A stretch of DNA of 64,000 nt, taken from contig CAWGIE010000031.1 in the NCBI GenBank assembly GCA_963822585.1, forward strand, positions 256,001-320,000, given 5' to 3'. Source of the DNA: an uncultured bacterium. GTDB lineage: Bacteria > Auribacterota > Erginobacteria > Erginobacterales > Erginobacteraceae. Below the pieces are notes generated by a model that was not told the origin of the DNA, did not search any database, and saw only the letters and a list, made by a program, of their open reading frames with translations. Below, in pieces: positions 40,317 through 50,284 of this stretch. The position numbers and the translations under genes are program-made. Position 1 is the stretch's first letter; each line of letters opens with the position of its first letter.

Positions 40317-42170
40317 TCAGCGCAGGGGGATGTAATCGGGGCCACCCCAATAGCTGCGGGTTTCCCCCCGGATCACCCAGAGGCCCGCGGAGGGCCGGTA
40401 GATGCCAATCCGACCGGTCCCGTCGCCGCTATAATCGGCCGGCTGGGGGATATCGCCGGGTCCGCCGAAGTAGATCCGGGAGAGCGTCTCGATCGCCCAG
40501 AGTCTGGCGGCGGGACGAAAGATTCCGAAATCGGCCGCACCGTCGCCGTCGTAGTCGGAAGGGACCGGGTAATCGCCCGGCCGGCCGAAGTAACCACGTC
40601 GTGTCTCCCGGACCGCCCAGAGGCCGGCGGAGGGACGGTAGATCGCGATCCGGGCCGGTCCGCTGCCGTCATAATCTCCCGGGACGGGGATATCTCCTGC
40701 GCTCCCGAAGTAAGCTCTCTCCCCTCCCCTGATCGCCCAGAGACCGGCGGCGGGACGGAAGATCCCGACTTCGGTCGTCCCGTTTCCGGCGTAGTCGGCC
40801 GGGACCGGCTGGTCGTTGCCGGAACCGAAATAAAGGCGGCTGATGCCGCGGACGGCCCAAAGGCCGGTGGAGGGACGGAAGATCCCCTCTTCCGTCGTTC
40901 CGTCGCCGTTATAGTCACCCGGAGCGGGGATGTCGCCCTCTCTTCCGAAATAGATAACCGTGGGACTGGTTCCGAGCCCGTAATCAACCACCCACCGGCC
41001 CAGGGAACCGTTCCAGACCGCGATATCGGCGCTGCCGTCACCGTTGTAGTCGCTGGAAGCGACCACCAGGAAAGAAATGGTCGGGGCGGGGCTGGCAGTG
41101 GGGGCGGGGCTGAGCGTGGGGGCAGGGCTCAAGGTCGGAACGGGACTCGATGTCGGTGCCGGGCTCGGTGTCGAAACGGGACTCGATGTCGGTGCCGGGC
41201 TTGGTGTTGGTGAGGGGGTGGCGGAGGGACTGGGTGTGGGGGAAGTCGGAGGCCCCTGATCCCAGACATAGACCGAGCTGTCGGTACAGCCGCCATATAT
41301 ATACTGATTGTCGGCAAAGACCGAGTTCATCCAGTCCGTTCCATTGTCGAGGGCGGTGGTGAAGAAAAGGGCGTACCGGTTCCAAACATCGACATTGTCA
41401 TCATCGGCCGCGGCGAAGATAAAGCGTTCACGGCTGAAGACACCGTTTATCCACTCCCCCGCGCCGCTCAGGGCGGTCTGGAGGCTGAAATCGGACAGAT
41501 TCCAGACATAGAGAAGTCCGTCTTTACACCCCCCATAGAGATAGTTCTCATCGGCATAGACCGAGAGGAAACCTCCGCCGCCGTTTAACTGCCGCTGGAA
41601 GGAGAAATCCGCCCGGGACCAGATGTAGAGGGCATCGTCCTCTCCCGCCCCGTAGATGTAATCGTTGTCGGCATAGACGTCGTTCAGGACATCGGTGCAT
41701 TCGGTGAGGACAGCGTTGAAAGAGAGATCGGAACGGTTCCAGATATAGAGGTCGCTGTCACCGCTGGCAGCGTAAACATAGGTGCCGTCGGCAAAAATAC
41801 CGTAGATGGGACCTCCCCCCTCGACAAGCGTGCTTTCCAGGCTGAAGGAAGCCGTATTCCAGACATAGATAGAATCGTCCGAACAGCCGGCAAAGACCGA
41901 TCCCCCCTGGACCGCCACTCCGTTCAAATACGAGTCGGAGGCGGAAAGGATAGTCTGGAGGGAGAAGTCGGCCCGGGACCAGACATAGAGGGAGCCGTCG
42001 CCGCAGGCACCGTATATGTTGCTGCCGTCGGCGGTGACGCCGTTGATGCTGAGCGGAGCTTCCGGGAGCGTGGCCCGAAGGTCAAAGGGCGCAGAAAAGA
42101 GATGACCGCCGAGGACGCAGGATAGTATAATTCCGATAATGACAACCGATTTCCGGCATCCATTCATCAT
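40317..42170 (-). CDS. Secreted surface protein: WD40-like beta-propeller + PT linker + DYxGDG C-terminal domain
   Basis: ORF 40317..42197, likely start MMNGCRK at 42170 (GAGGA upstream); ~7 repeats of D..YIYG...D..LYVW...DFS; C-terminal GLWAVRG..R.YFG / PGDYDG repeats like the 861-aa protein. Confidence 0.85.
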   Translation of the reverse strand: MMNGCRKSVVIIGIILSCVLGGHLFSAPFDLRATLPEAPLSINGVTADGSNIYGACGDGSLYVWSRADFSLQTILSASDSYLNGVAVQGGSVFAGCSDDSIYVWNTASFSLESTLVEGGGPIYGIFADGTYVYAASGDSDLYIWNRSDLSFNAVLTECTDVLNDVYADNDYIYGAGEDDALYIWSRADFSFQRQLNGGGGFLSVYADENYLYGGCKDGLLYVWNLSDFSLQTALSGAGEWINGVFSRERFIFAAADDDNVDVWNRYALFFTTALDNGTDWMNSVFADNQYIYGGCTDSSVYVWDQGPPTSPTPSPSATPSPTPSPAPTSSPVSTPSPAPTSSPVPTLSPAPTLSPAPTASPAPTISFLVVASSDYNGDGSADIAVWNGSLGRWVVDYGLGTSPTVIYFGREGDIPAPGDYNGDGTTEEGIFRPSTGLWAVRGISRLYFGSGNDQPVPADYAGNGTTEVGIFRPAAGLWAIRGGERAYFGSAGDIPVPGDYDGSGPARIAIYRPSAGLWAVRETRRGYFGRPGDYPVPSDYDGDGAADFGIFRPAARLWAIETLSRIYFGGPGDIPQPADYSGDGTGRIGIYRPSAGLWVIRGETRSYWGGPDYIPLR

Positions 42171-42383
42171 CTCTGCGTCCTCGAAGTATCCTGGCACTGG
42201 TGATTTAAATTCCCCGGCCGTGAAAGGGCCCAGGGAAGACCCAGCATAAATGTGCGAGCGCAGCTCGCGAATATATTGCTTCGGGATTACACTACTGTCT
42301 TATTGGGATGTACTATGAAAAGTGTCCTGTCTCTTGACACCTTCCACTTTACACGTTCCACGTGAACTTAGCTTCGCAACTGA

Positions 42384-42435
42384 GGGAGGGCACGGCGGCC
42401 CTCCCCTACGTAGGGGCCGACCGCGGTGTCGGCCC
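42384..42435. repeat. Two GTAG-type REP palindromes abutting head-to-head
   Basis: gggagggcacggcggccctcccCTAC|GTAGgggccgaccgcggtgtcggccc. Confidence 0.75.
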
Positions 42436-42491
42436 GATTTATTGAAATTCCGAAACAGCAAGTTAGCGCGAAGCGCTGACTTGATATGTAT

Positions 42492-42520
42492 AATATAGTG
42501 CGATCGGCGGGGATCGTCAA
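42492..42520 (-). promoter_or_regulatory. Sigma70-type promoter pointing toward the WD40-like surface protein gene
   Basis: TTGACG (42520-15)-N17-TATATT (42497-92); overlaps a TATAAT on + at 42489-94. Confidence 0.55.
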
Positions 42521-42549
42521 GCCATTTACAGCAATCCGGGAGGGACCTT

Positions 42550-43908
42550 TTGGATACCATTACCATTGTCGGGGCCGGGGTCGCCGGCCTGACCGCGGGT
42601 TACCATCTCAGCCAGAAGGGGATTAAAGTAACCGTGGTCGAAAAGGAAGATCGACCCGGCGGTCTGGCTCGCAGTTTCCGGTACGGAGACTTCATCTTCG
42701 ACGTCGGGCCGCACCGTTTCCACACCGAGGATCAGAACGTTCTCCGATTCATCAAAATGATCCTGGGGAAGGATTCGGTCGTCATACCCCGATCCAGCGG
42801 GGTTTACTTTTTCGGGAGATACCATGACTGGCCGCTTCGCTTCCGGACCATCTTCAAGCTCCCCCCCTCTCTTACGGTACGGGTGGCCCGGGACCTGGTC
42901 CACCGGCAGCGGCGGACGGGGACCAGCTTCGAAGACTACATCGTCAATATGTACGGCCCCACGCTCTATGACTCGTTCTTTAAGATTTATACCGAGAAAT
43001 TCCTCAAGCACGATCCTTCCCTGATCCATTCCGACTGGGCCAAGGCCGGCATCGACCGCGCGGTGATCGATAGGAAGATGCAGGCAAACACGCTCTCCAG
43101 CCTCATCCGGAAGACACTCATCCCCCAGCCCGTCTCCACCGAGTTTATCTACCCCACCACCGGGGGCATCCAGCTTTTCAGCGACCGGCTGGCGGAAGAG
43201 ATCGTCAAAAACGGCGGCGAGATCCGCCTCAATACCGACGTCCGGGAGATCAGGGCCGGGAAGAAAACGATCGAAGAGATCGTACTCTCCGACGGAAGCC
43301 GGCTCCGCCCGGATCTTCTGATCTGGACGGCCCCCATCGATCTCCTCTGCGGTTTCCTCGATATTGAGGAGCCGCGGCTCTCCTATCTCTCGGCGCTGCT
43401 CTATAACGCCGAGGTCGAAGGGGCCCCGGCGGTTCCTTACCAGTGGTGTTACTACGGTCAGGAAGACATCGTCTTCAACCGGATCAGCATCCCCCGCAAC
43501 TTTTATCCGGGGACGGCCCCCGAGGGGAAGACCGGGATCAACCTGGAGGTGACCTGCCGGGAGGGGGACGGGGTCTGGAACGATCCCGAGAAGCTCTGCC
43601 GGGTGGTGACCGAGGACATGGTCAGGGTGGGGCTGGTGGCGGCACCCGACGACGTCCGGGCCATTCACATCGAGAAGGCCGTCAACGTCTATCCCATTTA
43701 TGAACTGGACTATCTCTATCCCCTTCAGAGAATTCTCAACCATTTAAGCTACATCGGCAACCTTCTCCTGCTGGGAAGGACCGGCACCTTCTGGTACAAT
43801 AACATGGATCACTCGATCGCCGCCGGGATGGACGCGGCCGAAGACATCATCAGCAGCGAGCGGGGGGGCATCCATCCTCTCTACCACCGCAACGACTTCT
43901 GGAAGTAA
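42550..43908 (+). CDS. FAD-dependent oxidoreductase, UDP-galactopyranose mutase / HemY-like family
   Basis: IVGAGVAGLTAG, EKE..GGL, DVGPHRFHT, FIYPTTGG, YP.Y, GRTGTFWYNNMDHS; TTG start. Confidence 0.85.
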   Translation: MDTITIVGAGVAGLTAGYHLSQKGIKVTVVEKEDRPGGLARSFRYGDFIFDVGPHRFHTEDQNVLRFIKMILGKDSVVIPRSSGVYFFGRYHDWPLRFRTIFKLPPSLTVRVARDLVHRQRRTGTSFEDYIVNMYGPTLYDSFFKIYTEKFLKHDPSLIHSDWAKAGIDRAVIDRKMQANTLSSLIRKTLIPQPVSTEFIYPTTGGIQLFSDRLAEEIVKNGGEIRLNTDVREIRAGKKTIEEIVLSDGSRLRPDLLIWTAPIDLLCGFLDIEEPRLSYLSALLYNAEVEGAPAVPYQWCYYGQEDIVFNRISIPRNFYPGTAPEGKTGINLEVTCREGDGVWNDPEKLCRVVTEDMVRVGLVAAPDDVRAIHIEKAVNVYPIYELDYLYPLQRILNHLSYIGNLLLLGRTGTFWYNNMDHSIAAGMDAAEDIISSERGGIHPLYHRNDFWK

Positions 43909-43975
43909 CAGAGAACCCGAAATATTTAATCAGGCGTGGTGCACGGGCCGGTTCCAAATCCGCCTCAGGCGAAAA

Positions 43976-44061
43976 GGAGTAATGGAATAATGGAGTATTG
44001 GAGTATTGAGTGCGGCAGCCAGCCGGCCCCCATCACTCCATCACTCCAATACTCCATTATT
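43976..44061. repeat. Octamer repeat array in inverted arrangement (GGAGTATT)n ... (CCATCACT)n
   Basis: ggagtaat ggaataat ggagtatt ggagtatt ... ccatcact ccatcact ccaatact ccattatt. Confidence 0.8.
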
Positions 44062-44094
44062 TCGTAAATTTTCATGCTTAAATAGTTATCGACT

Positions 44095-45111
44095 ATGGCA
44101 ACACAGAACATAACCACCAACCCTGTCTTTTCCGTCATCATCCCCAATTATAACGGGAAGGCGACGCTGGGGGAAGCGCTGACCGGGATCTTCGATACCG
44201 GATACCCCGGATGTGAGGTGATCGTCGTTGACGATGGATCGACCGACGGATCATGGGAAATCATCCGGGACTTCCCGGCGCGGCTGATTACTCACGGGAT
44301 TTCGCGGGGGGCGGCGGCGGCACGGAACACCGGTGCTGAAACCGCCCGGGGGAACTTCCTCCTCTTCATCGACAATGACGTCGTGATCCCGCCGGACACA
44401 TTCCAGCTCATCGAGGAGAAATTCAAAGATCCGGAGATCAGCGGCGTGATCGGCCTGCTCCGCCCCACTACCCGGTATGAGAATATCTGCAGCCAGTACA
44501 AAAACTTCTACATGCACTATACCTACCTAAAGCTCCCCGCTCTGGTCACGGTTTTTTATACCAGTATCGCCGCGGTCAGAAGAGAGGTCTTCGCAGCATG
44601 CGGCGGTTTCGATACCGCTTACCGCGCCGCCACCATCGAGGACATGGAATTCGGCATCCGGATGACGGGCCGGGGATACCGCATCCTGATCGAGAAGAAA
44701 CTCCAGGTCGATCATATCCGGCATTACACGCTGGCGGGATTACTCAAGACCGGCTTTCGCCGGGCGGCCGGCCTGGCCAGGATAGCCCTTCGGGACCGCC
44801 TGAGTCGAAAAGAAAAAAGTTCCTACGTGACCACCAGCCCGGCTTTCCTGGCCGGAATTGCCCTCTCTTTTCTGGCAACATTTTTTCTCTTGCTTTCCCT
44901 GCTCTTAGCCGGCTGGCTCTGGCCGGTGCTCTTCGGAGCGAGCTATCTGGCAATCGTCCTTCTCAATTACGGCTTCCTGACCGGATTGTCCCGCAATACG
45001 ACTTTGCTTTACTTCTGGTTGGGTGCGATCTTGATTTACATCGACCTTCTGACGCATGGCCTGGGCATTATCTGGGGGCTTCTCTCTTTCCTGGGGGGAA
45101 AAAAGTACTGA
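44095..45111 (+). CDS. Glycosyltransferase family 2 with C-terminal TM helices
   Basis: SVIIPNYN, VVDDGSTDGS, AARNTG, FIDND, GGFD, IEDMEFG. Confidence 0.92.
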   Translation: MATQNITTNPVFSVIIPNYNGKATLGEALTGIFDTGYPGCEVIVVDDGSTDGSWEIIRDFPARLITHGISRGAAAARNTGAETARGNFLLFIDNDVVIPPDTFQLIEEKFKDPEISGVIGLLRPTTRYENICSQYKNFYMHYTYLKLPALVTVFYTSIAAVRREVFAACGGFDTAYRAATIEDMEFGIRMTGRGYRILIEKKLQVDHIRHYTLAGLLKTGFRRAAGLARIALRDRLSRKEKSSYVTTSPAFLAGIALSFLATFFLLLSLLLAGWLWPVLFGASYLAIVLLNYGFLTGLSRNTTLLYFWLGAILIYIDLLTHGLGIIWGLLSFLGGKKY

Positions 45112-45174
45112 TCCCGGCCGGGAAGGATCGTTATTTGCAACCCGAGGGTATTTCCTCACAGTCAGGCTAGGCTT

Positions 45175-46641
45175 ATGAATTCAAAAGTTGAATCGGGCCG
45201 GAATCTCAGGGGAACATCCCTGATCCTGGTGGCCAAGATCTGGTTCGTGGTTGCCAGTTACGGTATCGCCGCCGGTCTCTCCCGCTTGCTGGGGGTGGCT
45301 GGTTACGGGAACTATGGGTTGATCGTGGCGGCGGTTACCGTTATCAACATGTGTTTTATCAAGGGGACGCTCCAGGCGGTCTCCAAGTTTGTTTCGGAAA
45401 ATCCCGCCCATGGTCCGGCGATACTAAAACGGGCGCTGCTGATCCAGGTCTGGATGGGAGGGGCGACTTTCCTCCTCTTTTTTCTCCTGGCACCCCTGAT
45501 TGCCCGTCTCCTGAAATCCCCGGGTCTCACTCCTTATCTGCGAATCGCCTCGCTGATAATTCTTTTCTACTCATTCTACTCGATTTTCATAGGGGTTTTA
45601 AACGGGCAGAGGCGTTTCACCGTTCAGGCAACCTTGGACATCTCATACTCCACACTCAAACTCGCTCTTTTACTGATCCTGGCTTATTTCTTCTCTCTGC
45701 GGGGGGCGATCTGGGGTTTTGCGCTGGCGGCCGGGATCGTGATGGCCGGATCGGCGCTCGTGGTCGGATGGCGCCGCCCGGAGGGGGATTTCCCGGCTAA
45801 AAAACTGATCGCCTTCTTTCTCCCGGTGATGTCCCTGACCTTCGTCATCCACCTGGTTATGCATCTTGACCTCTTTTTTCTCAAGGCTTTGGCCGTCACC
45901 GGCGGGATAAGCCCGGCCATCTACGCCGGCTGGTATACCGCCGATCTCACCTTCGCCCGCCTTCCGTTCATGATCGTGGTCTCCGCTTTTTCCCTGGTTA
46001 TCTTTCCCTTCGTTTCCCGTTCCACTTTCGATGCCGACCGGGAAAGCACCGCCCGTTATATCCGCCAGGGAATGCGGCTGACGTATCTGCTAACGATGCT
46101 GGGTACGGTATTAATCGCATCGTCGCCGGAGGCGACCCTCCGGTTGATCTACGGTCCCGCCTATGCGCCGGGGGCGGTTCCTCTGGCCTGGATCTGCGGC
46201 GGGTATCTGTTCTTTTCCCTCTTCATGATGATCCTGATCGTCATTTCTTCAAGCGGACACCCCCTGCATTCGCTTCTGATTACGATTGGCGTTTTTCTTA
46301 TCCAGGCGACGGCTCTCTACATATTAGTTCCCCGCTATACCATCCTGGGCGCGGCCTGGGGGAGCAGCCTGGCCTTCCTGGCCGGGATGGTAATCGGAGG
46401 TTATTATCTGATTCGCCGCCTGGGGGCGTTTTTGGAAATGAAAACCTTTCTCCGGATCACCGGGGCCGGGGGGATTGTCTTTGCCCTCTCCCGCCTCCTC
46501 CCCGCCGGAGGGCTGCTTTTGCTGGTGAAGGACATTCTTCTGGCTGTTCTCTTCATCCTGATCCTCCTCGTTCTCAAGGAAGTGAGGAAAAAGGATTGGA
46601 AGATGCTCCTGGCCACCCTTCCGGCGAGAAAAAGAATTTAG
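45175..46641 (+). CDS. Oligosaccharide flippase (MOP/Wzx-like, SpoVB/RfbX type)
   Basis: LSRLLGVAGYGNYG, ~14 TM, LDLFFLK, GWYTA, LVPRYTILGAAWG. Confidence 0.85.
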   Translation: MNSKVESGRNLRGTSLILVAKIWFVVASYGIAAGLSRLLGVAGYGNYGLIVAAVTVINMCFIKGTLQAVSKFVSENPAHGPAILKRALLIQVWMGGATFLLFFLLAPLIARLLKSPGLTPYLRIASLIILFYSFYSIFIGVLNGQRRFTVQATLDISYSTLKLALLLILAYFFSLRGAIWGFALAAGIVMAGSALVVGWRRPEGDFPAKKLIAFFLPVMSLTFVIHLVMHLDLFFLKALAVTGGISPAIYAGWYTADLTFARLPFMIVVSAFSLVIFPFVSRSTFDADRESTARYIRQGMRLTYLLTMLGTVLIASSPEATLRLIYGPAYAPGAVPLAWICGGYLFFSLFMMILIVISSSGHPLHSLLITIGVFLIQATALYILVPRYTILGAAWGSSLAFLAGMVIGGYYLIRRLGAFLEMKTFLRITGAGGIVFALSRLLPAGGLLLLVKDILLAVLFILILLVLKEVRKKDWKMLLATLPARKRI

Positions 46642-46810
46642 CGCTTCGCGTTAACTTTAGGTAGTCGCGCTCTTTAGGGTGCGCCAAGCTAGCGCTCCGG
46701 TTTACCGGGGCGACTACCATTTTTTTATATTTATTGTGCGCCAGAGGCGCACCCCGATGGCTACCGGGGAAATGCCGAAGCAGTGAATTAGCGTCCTTCG
46801 GCCGCTAATT
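46640..46810. repeat. Cluster of short palindromic repeats incl. GGTAG...CTACC REP doublet (46660-46718)
   Basis: agcgcttcgcgttaactt (inverse of ~42460-77, 1 mismatch); ggtagtcgc...gcgactacc; tattgtgcgccagaggcgca (exact inverse of 26604-23); aattagcg..cgctaatt. Confidence 0.7.
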
Positions 46811-46867
46811 CAGGTGGTAACTTTTAACTGAAGTGACGGGATGAAAGAACGCCGGGAAGCCGTCTTT

Positions 46868-46904
46868 CCATTACTCCATTACTCCATCACTCCATCACTC
46901 CATT
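46868..46904. repeat. CCAYYACT octamer tandem array
   Basis: ccattact ccattact ccatcact ccatcact ccatt. Confidence 0.8.
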
Positions 46905-46951
46905 TTGTATTCACTGCGGCTTCATTCACCGGATAACCATGGAGCAAGGTC

Positions 46952-48211
46952 ATGTCCTCCCCCGGCCCGAGAATCGCTTTCCTGACCAGCTCCTTCCCCC
47001 GTTCCCCGCGCGATCCCACCGTGGAATATCTTTACCGGCTCGCCCGGAAATTGATCCGGGAACTCAACGCGAAGATAACGGTCATAGTCCCTGCCGATAT
47101 CCTGCCTCACGAATTCCCTCCGGAAAACGGCCTGACCATAAAACCTTTCCGCTATTTCCTCCCCGCCCGGCGCCAGCGCCTGGCCTACGGGAGCGGGATG
47201 CCGGACAACCTGCGGACCGGTTTTCTTCCTCTCATCCAGGTTCCCCTCCTCATGATCGCCTTTCTCATCGCGGGCTGGCGGAGTGTCCGGTGTTCGGACC
47301 TGATTTACGCTCACTGGCTGGTGCCGTCCGGGTTGGTCGGCGCGCTTCTCTCCCGGGGGCTGAGAAAAGAGATGATCCTGAGCATCCATTCCGGCGGCCT
47401 CCACTTTCTCCGCCGTTTTCCCGGCGGGGGCCGATTGGCCGGGTTTATCTGCTCTTCGGCGCGGAGGATCACGGTAACCTGCCGCGAGCAGAAATCCCTC
47501 CTCCTGCAGTTGTTGCCGATGAAATTACGTGATGAGATCCGGCCCCGGATAACAGTTGCTCCGATGGGGATAGAATGGAAAGAATATCAGGACGGCCCCG
47601 ATAAGCTCCAAGCGCACCGGCGGGTTCAGATATTCACTCCTTTCGTGGTTGTCTTCCTGGGACGATTGGTACCGGTCAAGGGGGTCCGGGTTCTGATTGG
47701 AGCCCTGGCCGGGCGATCTGACGTTACCCTCCTCATACTGGGAGACGGGAGAGAACGGGCCGCACTGGAGCGATACGCCCGGGAACTGAACGTGGCGACA
47801 CGGTTTACCGGACCGGTCGGGCGAAGTAAGAAGATTGAATATCTCCGGCTCTCCGATATAATGGTCCAGCCTTCCCTGGTTTTAAAAGGCGGCGCGACCG
47901 AGGGCGTCCCGGTCTCCCTTCTGGAAGGAATGGCGGCCGGGTTGCCCGTGATCGCCTCCCGGGCCGGCGGGATCCCGGACGTTATCGATGACGGGCTTGA
48001 CGGTTTTCTGGTCCAACCCGGGGATCGGGAGCAGCTCCGGGACAAGATTCATCTCCTGCTAAACGACCCGGGATTGAGGAGGCGGATGGGAGAGGAAGCT
48101 CGGGAAAAGGCACAGGCATATGACTGGGGGAAAATAATCCCCGTCATTGGCAGCCTTTTTCACGGTCTGGCCCCGCATTTAACTGAATCTAAGGAGATCG
48201 TAACACGATAA
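46952..48211 (+). CDS. Glycosyltransferase family 4
   Basis: LTSSFPR, AHW..PSG, GRLVPVKG, EGVPVSLLEGMAAGLPVIAS..GGIPD. Confidence 0.92.
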   Translation: MSSPGPRIAFLTSSFPRSPRDPTVEYLYRLARKLIRELNAKITVIVPADILPHEFPPENGLTIKPFRYFLPARRQRLAYGSGMPDNLRTGFLPLIQVPLLMIAFLIAGWRSVRCSDLIYAHWLVPSGLVGALLSRGLRKEMILSIHSGGLHFLRRFPGGGRLAGFICSSARRITVTCREQKSLLLQLLPMKLRDEIRPRITVAPMGIEWKEYQDGPDKLQAHRRVQIFTPFVVVFLGRLVPVKGVRVLIGALAGRSDVTLLILGDGRERAALERYARELNVATRFTGPVGRSKKIEYLRLSDIMVQPSLVLKGGATEGVPVSLLEGMAAGLPVIASRAGGIPDVIDDGLDGFLVQPGDREQLRDKIHLLLNDPGLRRRMGEEAREKAQAYDWGKIIPVIGSLFHGLAPHLTESKEIVTR

Positions 48212-48248
48212 AATAACGATACGGTGGATAGCCGGGAGTGCCCGTTTT

Positions 48249-48285
48249 CCACTACTCCATCATTCCACTATTCCATCACTCCATT
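48249..48285. repeat. CCAYYACT-like octamer tandem array
   Basis: ccactact ccatcatt ccactatt ccatcact ccatt. Confidence 0.75.
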
Positions 48286-48332
48286 TCTACTGAGTTAATG
48301 TAAAAACGACGTGACGATGTCTTTCCAAGCTG

Positions 48333-49460
48333 ATGAATCAGTCAAATGACACTGCCGTCCTGATCGTCTCCAAGCCCCTGGTCCCTCCCTGGAATGACAG
48401 CAGCAAGAACCTGGCGATGGGGATCGTCACTCACGCCCGCCAGACCGGGTTTCATGTCCTGACCACGCCGGGGTACCCTCTCCCCGCTCCCGGCGTCGTC
48501 AGCGAACCGGTCTACCGGACGGCGGGTGATTACTCCCCTTCCCTCTTTCAGAATGTCCGGGTCCTTCGTCGCCTGGCTCGGCCGGACCGGAATATCGGGA
48601 TCTACCATTTCTTCTTCGCCCCCAACCCTCTCACCTCATCCGTCTGCCGCTGGATCATGCGGCTGAAAAAACAGGCGACGATCCAGACGGTCTGCAGCCC
48701 TCCCCGGGATTACGACAACCTCTCCCGCCTGATCTTCACCGATTTCACCGTGGTCCTTTCCGACTATCACCTGAACATCTTTCGCCGGGAGGGGATAAAG
48801 AATGTGATCAGGATTTACCCGGGCGTGGAGATCCCGGAAAAGATATCTCTCCCCGAAAACCCGCTCCGGGAACGGCTGGGGATAACCGACGAAAAAGTCC
48901 TGCTGTATCCCGGAGATTACGAGTTTTCCAGAGGGCATGAGATTATACTGGAAATACTCCCGCGCCTGGTGAAGGAATCACCGCGACTGAAACTGCTCTT
49001 CGCCTGCCGGCCGAAGACGCCCGCATCGGTTAAGATTGAAGCCGCGGTCAAACAACGCCTACGGGAAATGGGCTGTGGGTCACGGGTTGTCTTTCTGGGG
49101 CACGTTGACCGCATGGCCGAACTCTACGATCTGACCACGATCTGCCTTTTCCCCGTCCGGTCGCTCTATAAAAAGATGGATCTCCCCCTCACTCTGCTCG
49201 AGTGCCTGGCCTGGGGGATCCCGGTCATTGCCAGCGACATTCCTCCACTTAATGAGATGGTGAACGGCCGGGGCGGCCGCGCCGTCCGCCCGGATGATCC
49301 CGGCGACGTGACCGCGGCGGTGCGGAGTTTCCTGAGCAACCCGGCGTTAACCCGCGAATACGGTGAGAACGGCAGAAAACTGGCCCGGGAGAAGTTCGAT
49401 ATTGTCAAAACAGCCGAACATTATGAAACACTCTATAAGAAGATGGAGGAAGCCCGTTGA
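48333..49460 (+). CDS. Glycosyltransferase family 4
   Basis: PPWND, LYPGD, KMDLPLTLLECLAWGIPVIASD. Confidence 0.85.
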   Translation: MNQSNDTAVLIVSKPLVPPWNDSSKNLAMGIVTHARQTGFHVLTTPGYPLPAPGVVSEPVYRTAGDYSPSLFQNVRVLRRLARPDRNIGIYHFFFAPNPLTSSVCRWIMRLKKQATIQTVCSPPRDYDNLSRLIFTDFTVVLSDYHLNIFRREGIKNVIRIYPGVEIPEKISLPENPLRERLGITDEKVLLYPGDYEFSRGHEIILEILPRLVKESPRLKLLFACRPKTPASVKIEAAVKQRLREMGCGSRVVFLGHVDRMAELYDLTTICLFPVRSLYKKMDLPLTLLECLAWGIPVIASDIPPLNEMVNGRGGRAVRPDDPGDVTAAVRSFLSNPALTREYGENGRKLAREKFDIVKTAEHYETLYKKMEEAR

Positions 49461-50173
49461 AAAACGCCCAAGAATATTACGACCGTTTTTCGTCCGGATA
49501 CGACCGGCGACGGGATAAAGGATACCATGCTCTTCTGGACGAACTGGAGGCCGGGTTCGTCCGGGAACAGGTTCACGGGCGGCTGATCCTCGATGCCGGG
49601 TGCGGCACCGGGCTGATCGCCCGGCGCCTGGAGAGGGATTATCATCACATTGTCGGAACGGACCTCTCCTTCGGGATGCTCCGGAAGGCCCGCGAGCGCT
49701 GCCAGCGAGTTATTCAGGCGGATCTGGCGTCCCTTCCATTCAAAGATGAGGCCTTTGATGGTTTGTTCTCCTTTAAAGTTCTGGCGCACATTCCCTATCT
49801 TAAAGAAGCAATGGAAGAATTTAAGCGGGTGGTGAAACCGGGGGGGATTCTGATCCTGGAATTCTACAATCCGGCCAGCATTCGAGGACTGAAAAAAACA
49901 TTCCAGATCAAGCACAAGGTGGCATCCGATGCCGATGAGACGGAAGTATACACCGCGTTCCACACGCTCGGCCGGATCAAGAAGATATTGCCCCGGGGGT
50001 TGGAACTCGAGGCCGTCCGGGGGATAATGATCTTCACCCCCCTGGCGATCGTTCACCGGCTGCCTCTGATCGGTCCGTTGTTCAGGTTCCTGGAGAGAAA
50101 ATGCTGTGACGGTATTTTAAAACGGTTCGGGGGGTTTCTGGACGTGGTGGTGAGGAAACCATTGTCAAAATAA
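49457..50173 (+). CDS. Class I SAM-dependent methyltransferase
   Basis: LDAGCGTG, DLSFGML, LPFKDEAFD, RVVKPGG; TTG start overlapping the upstream stop. Confidence 0.9.
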   Translation: MKNAQEYYDRFSSGYDRRRDKGYHALLDELEAGFVREQVHGRLILDAGCGTGLIARRLERDYHHIVGTDLSFGMLRKARERCQRVIQADLASLPFKDEAFDGLFSFKVLAHIPYLKEAMEEFKRVVKPGGILILEFYNPASIRGLKKTFQIKHKVASDADETEVYTAFHTLGRIKKILPRGLELEAVRGIMIFTPLAIVHRLPLIGPLFRFLERKCCDGILKRFGGFLDVVVRKPLSK

Positions 50174-50284
50174 TTCCGTAACGGTTAGGGATAAAATCCG
50201 GTTGCGGGACAGCGGCTAATTACAATAACCGGGTTTTACATGTATCAGCATGGAATTATATAAAAATCTCATGAATAATCAGGG

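Noticed and set aside
40269..41213. 314-aa plus-strand ORF
   Set aside because: Antisense shadow of the repeat-rich C-terminus of the propeller protein
42318..42352. Sequence resembling an IS3/IS481-type terminal repeat (minus strand TGTAAAGTGGAAGGTGTCAAGAGACAGGACAC)
   Set aside because: No partner end, target duplication or transposase found; resemblance is from memory only
42526..43743. 405-aa minus-strand ORF
   Set aside because: Antisense to the well-supported FAD oxidoreductase; expected from GC-biased codons
43976..48285. Octamer arrays and REP clusters as a possible CRISPR array
   Set aside because: No 23-47-bp direct repeats with unique spacers; no cas genes
50192..50238. Imperfect inverted repeat between convergent genes as a terminator
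   Set aside because: Long loop and weak stem; too uncertain to call
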